Origin: Coprobacillus sp.
Lineage (GTDB): Bacteria > Bacillota_I > Bacilli_A > RFN20 > CAG-826
NCBI GenBank assembly: GCA_021203905.1
Contig: JAJQAG010000003.1
Location: forward strand, 192,830-256,829
Direction: 5' to 3'
Length of the DNA stretch: 64,000 nt
Positions 60,572-64,000 of this stretch are shown here, in pieces. Below the pieces are notes generated by a model. The model had not been told where the DNA came from and made no database searches. It saw only the letters and a program-made list of their open reading frames with translations. The first letter of the stretch is position 1; every line of letters starts with the position of its first letter. A program made the position numbers and the translations under genes.

Positions 60572-61123
60572 ATGTCAAGAGTTGGAAATAAACATATTAC
60601 ACTTCCCGCTGGAGTAAGCATTGAACTCGCTAACGGAGTGGCAACTGTTACTGGCCCTAAGGGAACCTTAACTTGCCCCATCAATCATGGTATTGATGTT
60701 CATATTGAGGGCACAGATGTTTCTGTGACTAGACAAAATGAAACCAAGCAAGTGAAGCAAAACCATGGGACCACAAGAGCGAATCTCTATAACGCCGTCG
60801 TTGGTGTCAGCGAAGGCTTTAAGAAAGAGCTCGAGATGAAAGGTATTGGTTATAAGGCCGCGATGAGTGGCCCTGATATTACTCTTTGGGTGGGATTTAG
60901 TCACCAAGTGACCATCAAACCTAACGAAGGAGTAACTATCTCTCTTAAGTCCCCTACAGACATTATTGTCGAGGGCTTAAGCAAACAAGCTGTTGGTCAG
61001 ACCGCGGCGAGAATCAGAGAGATCAAACCTCCGGAACCTTACTTAGGTAAAGGTATCCGTTATAAGGGTGAGGTCATTCGTCTCAAAGAGGGTAAGCGTG
61101 CCAGCGCTGGTAAGAAGAAATAA
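60572..61123 (+). CDS. rplF: 50S ribosomal protein L6
   Basis: 183 aa. Confidence 0.97.
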   Translation: MSRVGNKHITLPAGVSIELANGVATVTGPKGTLTCPINHGIDVHIEGTDVSVTRQNETKQVKQNHGTTRANLYNAVVGVSEGFKKELEMKGIGYKAAMSGPDITLWVGFSHQVTIKPNEGVTISLKSPTDIIVEGLSKQAVGQTAARIREIKPPEPYLGKGIRYKGEVIRLKEGKRASAGKKK

Positions 61124-61137
61124 GGAGGATTGGTCAG

Positions 61138-61494
61138 ATGATAAAGCAAGAATCTCGTAATGACGCCCGTCAGAGAAGACACGCTCGTGTTAGAAAAAAG
61201 ATTAGTGGAACCGCGACCACTCCTCGTTTATGTATCTATCGTTCCAATAAGAACATTGAAGCCCAGATTATTGATGATACTGTGGGACACACATTAGTCT
61301 CCTCCTCTTCAATGACCTTAAAGCTCAAGAATGGGGGTAATTGTGAAGCTGCCTCTAAAGTTGGAACGGATTTAGCGAAGAAAGCCTTAGCGAAGAAGAT
61401 TACCACTGTGGTCTTTGATCGAAGTGGATATCTCTATCATGGCCGAGTCCAGGCTCTTGCGGATGCGGCGAGAGAAGCGGGACTCAAATTCTAA
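61138..61494 (+). CDS. rplR: 50S ribosomal protein L18
   Basis: 118 aa. Confidence 0.95.
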   Translation: MIKQESRNDARQRRHARVRKKISGTATTPRLCIYRSNKNIEAQIIDDTVGHTLVSSSSMTLKLKNGGNCEAASKVGTDLAKKALAKKITTVVFDRSGYLYHGRVQALADAAREAGLKF

Positions 61495-61508
61495 AGGAGA
61501 AGTGAGCA

Positions 61509-62207
61509 ATGGAAGAAGAAGAAAAAGTCATTGATACTCCAGTTGTGGAAGATGCTCAACCCGAAGTGGCAGTGGATACTGCTTTAGTAAGCGCTCCCAC
61601 AAAGGAAGAAAAAGCTGCTCCTAGTGAAGGTGGCCAACAACGTCGTCCAAGAGGCGAAGTAAGAGGACGTAACGATAAGATGCGTCGTCGTAATAATGCT
61701 CCTCGTCCTGAGGAACCAAAAGAATTTGAAGAGAGAGCTGTTGCTATTAACCGTGTGGCTAAGACCGTTAAAGGTGGAAGAAGAATGAAGTTCACCGCTT
61801 TAGTGGTCATTGGTAATCACAAAGGTAAATATGGCTTTGGTCTCGGAAAGGCTGGAGAAGTCCCTGATGCGATTAAGAAAGCCACAGACTTAGCGAAGAA
61901 GAATATTCACACCATCCCCATTGTGAAAGGGAATACGATTCCTCATGAAGTTGTTGGTCACTTCGGTGCTTCTAAAGTCTTACTTAAACCCGCTCCAGAA
62001 GGTACTGGTATTGTCGCTGGTGGTCCAGTGAGAGCCCTTCTTGAGCTTGCGGGTGTTACTAATGTCTGCTCAAAGATCTATGGAAGTCGAACAGCGGTCA
62101 ATGTCGTGAAAGCGACAGATGAAGGTCTCTCTAGACTTACTTCCTATAGGAAAGTGAAGGCATTAAGAAGTGAAGTTAAAGTAAATGAAGGAGGGAGTGA
62201 AGAATGA
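61509..62207 (+). CDS. rpsE: 30S ribosomal protein S5 with an N-terminal acidic/Arg-rich extension of about 65 aa
   Basis: 232 aa against about 166 typical. Extension reads [75 protein letters not shown]. Confidence 0.93.
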   Translation: MEEEEKVIDTPVVEDAQPEVAVDTALVSAPTKEEKAAPSEGGQQRRPRGEVRGRNDKMRRRNNAPRPEEPKEFEERAVAINRVAKTVKGGRRMKFTALVVIGNHKGKYGFGLGKAGEVPDAIKKATDLAKKNIHTIPIVKGNTIPHEVVGHFGASKVLLKPAPEGTGIVAGGPVRALLELAGVTNVCSKIYGSRTAVNVVKATDEGLSRLTSYRKVKALRSEVKVNEGGSEE

Positions 62208-62644
62208 AATTAGATACTCTAACCCCTACTCCTGGAAGTAGAAAAAAATCATACCGCGTGGGCAGAGGAATTGGTTCCGGTAACGGCAAGACCTCCGGTG
62301 CGGGTCACAAGGGCCAGAACGCTCGTAGTGGCGGTGGCACTCGTCTCGGATTTGAAGGTGGCCAGATGCCCATCTATCGTCAAATCCCAAAACGTGGTTT
62401 TAAAAACGTCAATCATATTGAGTATGCGATTGTCAATGTTTCAGATTTAAATCGATTTAAAGATGGCGAGACAGTCACGCCCGCGTTATTATGTGAGTGC
62501 GGGCTTGTGAAAAAAGAATATGATGGTGTGAAAATTCTTGGTAATGGCACTTTAGAGAAGAAACTCAAAGTTCAAGCGAATAAATTCTCTAAGAGTGCAC
62601 AAAGTATCATCACAAATGCAGGTGGCAGTATTGAGGTAATCTAA
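62204..62644 (+). CDS. rplO: 50S ribosomal protein L15
   Basis: 146 aa. It directly follows rpsE with a 4-nt overlap, so no rpmD (L30) is encoded between them. Confidence 0.95.
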   Translation: MKLDTLTPTPGSRKKSYRVGRGIGSGNGKTSGAGHKGQNARSGGGTRLGFEGGQMPIYRQIPKRGFKNVNHIEYAIVNVSDLNRFKDGETVTPALLCECGLVKKEYDGVKILGNGTLEKKLKVQANKFSKSAQSIITNAGGSIEVI

Positions 62645-62645
62645 G

Positions 62646-64000
62646 ATGAAGAAATTCGTTGCCGTACTTAAGAACAAAGAAATCATGTCACGTATCGCTT
62701 TTACGATTGTGATTCTCTTTGTCTTTAGATTGGGCTGTCAAATCACAGTCCCAGGGGTAACGGTTGAGGGTGATCTTTCTGCCGCTTTGGAGGCAAATAA
62801 TGCCCTTTCTTTGATGAATTTGCTTGGTGGTGGAACCCTACAAACCTTCTCCATCTTCGCCCTAGGTGTTTCCCCCTATATTACCGCTGAAATTATTATT
62901 AACTTGCTTTCTACTGATGTTCTTCCCGCTTTAACAGATTTGAAGCGTCAAGGACAATATGGAAGAAAGAAGATTGAAATGGCCACCAGATACCTCACCT
63001 TACTCATTGGTGCGGTGGAAGCCTATGGTATTATCCAAATGATGAATAATGGAGAATATGATCTCTACATCTCCTTTAATACTGGTAGTGCGGAATGGTT
63101 GTCTTATATCTATGTTGTCGTCATTATGCTTGCGGGTAGCTTACTCACGATGTGGCTCGGTGATCAGATTTCGCAAAAAGGTGTCGGTAATGGTATTTCC
63201 ATGATTATCTTTGCCGGTATTGTCTCTTCTCTCCCTCGTCAAATTGTGAATAGCTTCTCTCTCTGGGTTGTTGGTAGCGCTGGTACAGGAAATGAGCTGA
63301 CAGGGGTCTTAGAGTTTATTGCCTATATTGTCGCCTTCCTTGTCATCATTGCCTTTGTTACCTTTATTGAACTCTCTAAGAGAAAGATCCCAGTCCAGCA
63401 TTCTGGAAAAGGTGGACAAACTCAGTCCATGGCAAAAGCCTCATATCTACCTATAAAGATTAACTCTGCAGGAGTGATTCCTGTCATCTTTGCCAACTCT
63501 GTGATGATGATTCCCTCGATCATTACCGCTTTCGTCAGTAGTGAAGCGAGCACGGGGTACTGGTTAAATATCTTTGATACTTCAGTGATGTTTAGAATGA
63601 ATGGTGTGGGAGATACCTATTGGTATATGCCGTGGGGACTGATAATCTATATCGTCCTGATTATCGCCTTTGCCTTCTTCTACGCAAATATTCAAATTAA
63701 TCCTCAACAACTTGCGGAGAACTTCCAGAAGAATGGAAGTTATATCCCAGGAGTTCGTCCAGGCAACGAAACTGAAAGATATGTCCGTAAAGTGTTAAAT
63801 AGAGTGACCTTCATTGGCGCTATGGCTCTGATGTTAGTGGCGGCCTTACCATCCATCTTGACTCTCAGTGGACTCTTTGGAGAGAACACTTCTCTTGTCC
63901 TTGGTGGTACAGGAGTCATCATTATCGTCGGTGTCTGTCTGGAGCTCTCTAACCAGATTGATGGCTTGCTGGCAGGTAAATCCTACGATGAAGTGGTCGC
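62646..64000 (+). CDS. secY: preprotein translocase subunit SecY (N-terminal about 450 aa; continues beyond the window)
   Basis: ATG 62646 follows the rplO stop. MKKFVAVLKNKEIMSRIAFTIVILFVFRLG... runs open to the window end with canonical SecY TM segments. Confidence 0.95.
   Translation, partial: MKKFVAVLKNKEIMSRIAFTIVILFVFRLGCQITVPGVTVEGDLSAALEANNALSLMNLLGGGTLQTFSIFALGVSPYITAEIIINLLSTDVLPALTDLKRQGQYGRKKIEMATRYLTLLIGAVEAYGIIQMMNNGEYDLYISFNTGSAEWLSYIYVVVIMLAGSLLTMWLGDQISQKGVGNGISMIIFAGIVSSLPRQIVNSFSLWVVGSAGTGNELTGVLEFIAYIVAFLVIIAFVTFIELSKRKIPVQHSGKGGQTQSMAKASYLPIKINSAGVIPVIFANSVMMIPSIITAFVSSEASTGYWLNIFDTSVMFRMNGVGDTYWYMPWGLIIYIVLIIAFAFFYANIQINPQQLAENFQKNGSYIPGVRPGNETERYVRKVLNRVTFIGAMALMLVAALPSILTLSGLFGENTSLVLGGTGVIIIVGVCLELSNQIDGLLAGKSYDEVV

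Overview
This 64 kb window is a low-GC, Firmicutes-type chromosomal segment. TGA is used as a stop codon and an RF2 gene is present, so it is not a Mycoplasma-type genetic code. It is densely coding and almost entirely core housekeeping genes; I found no transposase, integrase, phage genes or CRISPR array.

Contents in order along the window:
- The 3' end of feoB and a FeoB-associated Cys-rich peptide, then DegV and an amidohydrolase.
- An accessory-looking block (2.7-10 kb): two ATP-grasp ligases, small membrane proteins and a MacB/FtsX-type ABC exporter.
- A pseudouridine synthase, a GNAT acetyltransferase and a tandem pair of divergent PII-like proteins.
- A minus-strand block: typA/bipA, rsmI, the PSP1/RicT protein, holB, tmk, recR, ybaB and dnaX.
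- prfA, a fused PrmC-TsaC gene and rpiB.
- An ArsR (CzrA-like alpha5 site) plus P1B-ATPase metal-efflux pair with a clear operator palindrome.
- comFA-comFC, and secA followed by prfB with the classic programmed +1 frameshift.
- A YitT-family protein, uvrB and secG.
- A Y-family polymerase translationally coupled to a YolD-like gene, rmuC, and a solitary tRNA-Ala(CGC).
- A perR-ahpC-ahpF operon in which the AhpF homologue has a circularly permuted domain order.
- Fe-ADH, a second DegV, a DUF3810 HExxH membrane protein, pepT, and an M6-like lipoprotein metalloprotease.
- A minimal kinase-like protein next to a divergent Prs-like protein, then a queuosine salvage cluster (queT-tgt-queA, then queH).
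- The S10-spc ribosomal protein operon (rpsJ through rplO, then the start of secY) with no rpmD (L30).

The most striking unexplained feature is in the ribosomal operon. Five r-proteins (L3, L22, S17, L5, S5) carry long low-complexity extensions that share an acidic E-T-P-V-V-E-E repeat module.
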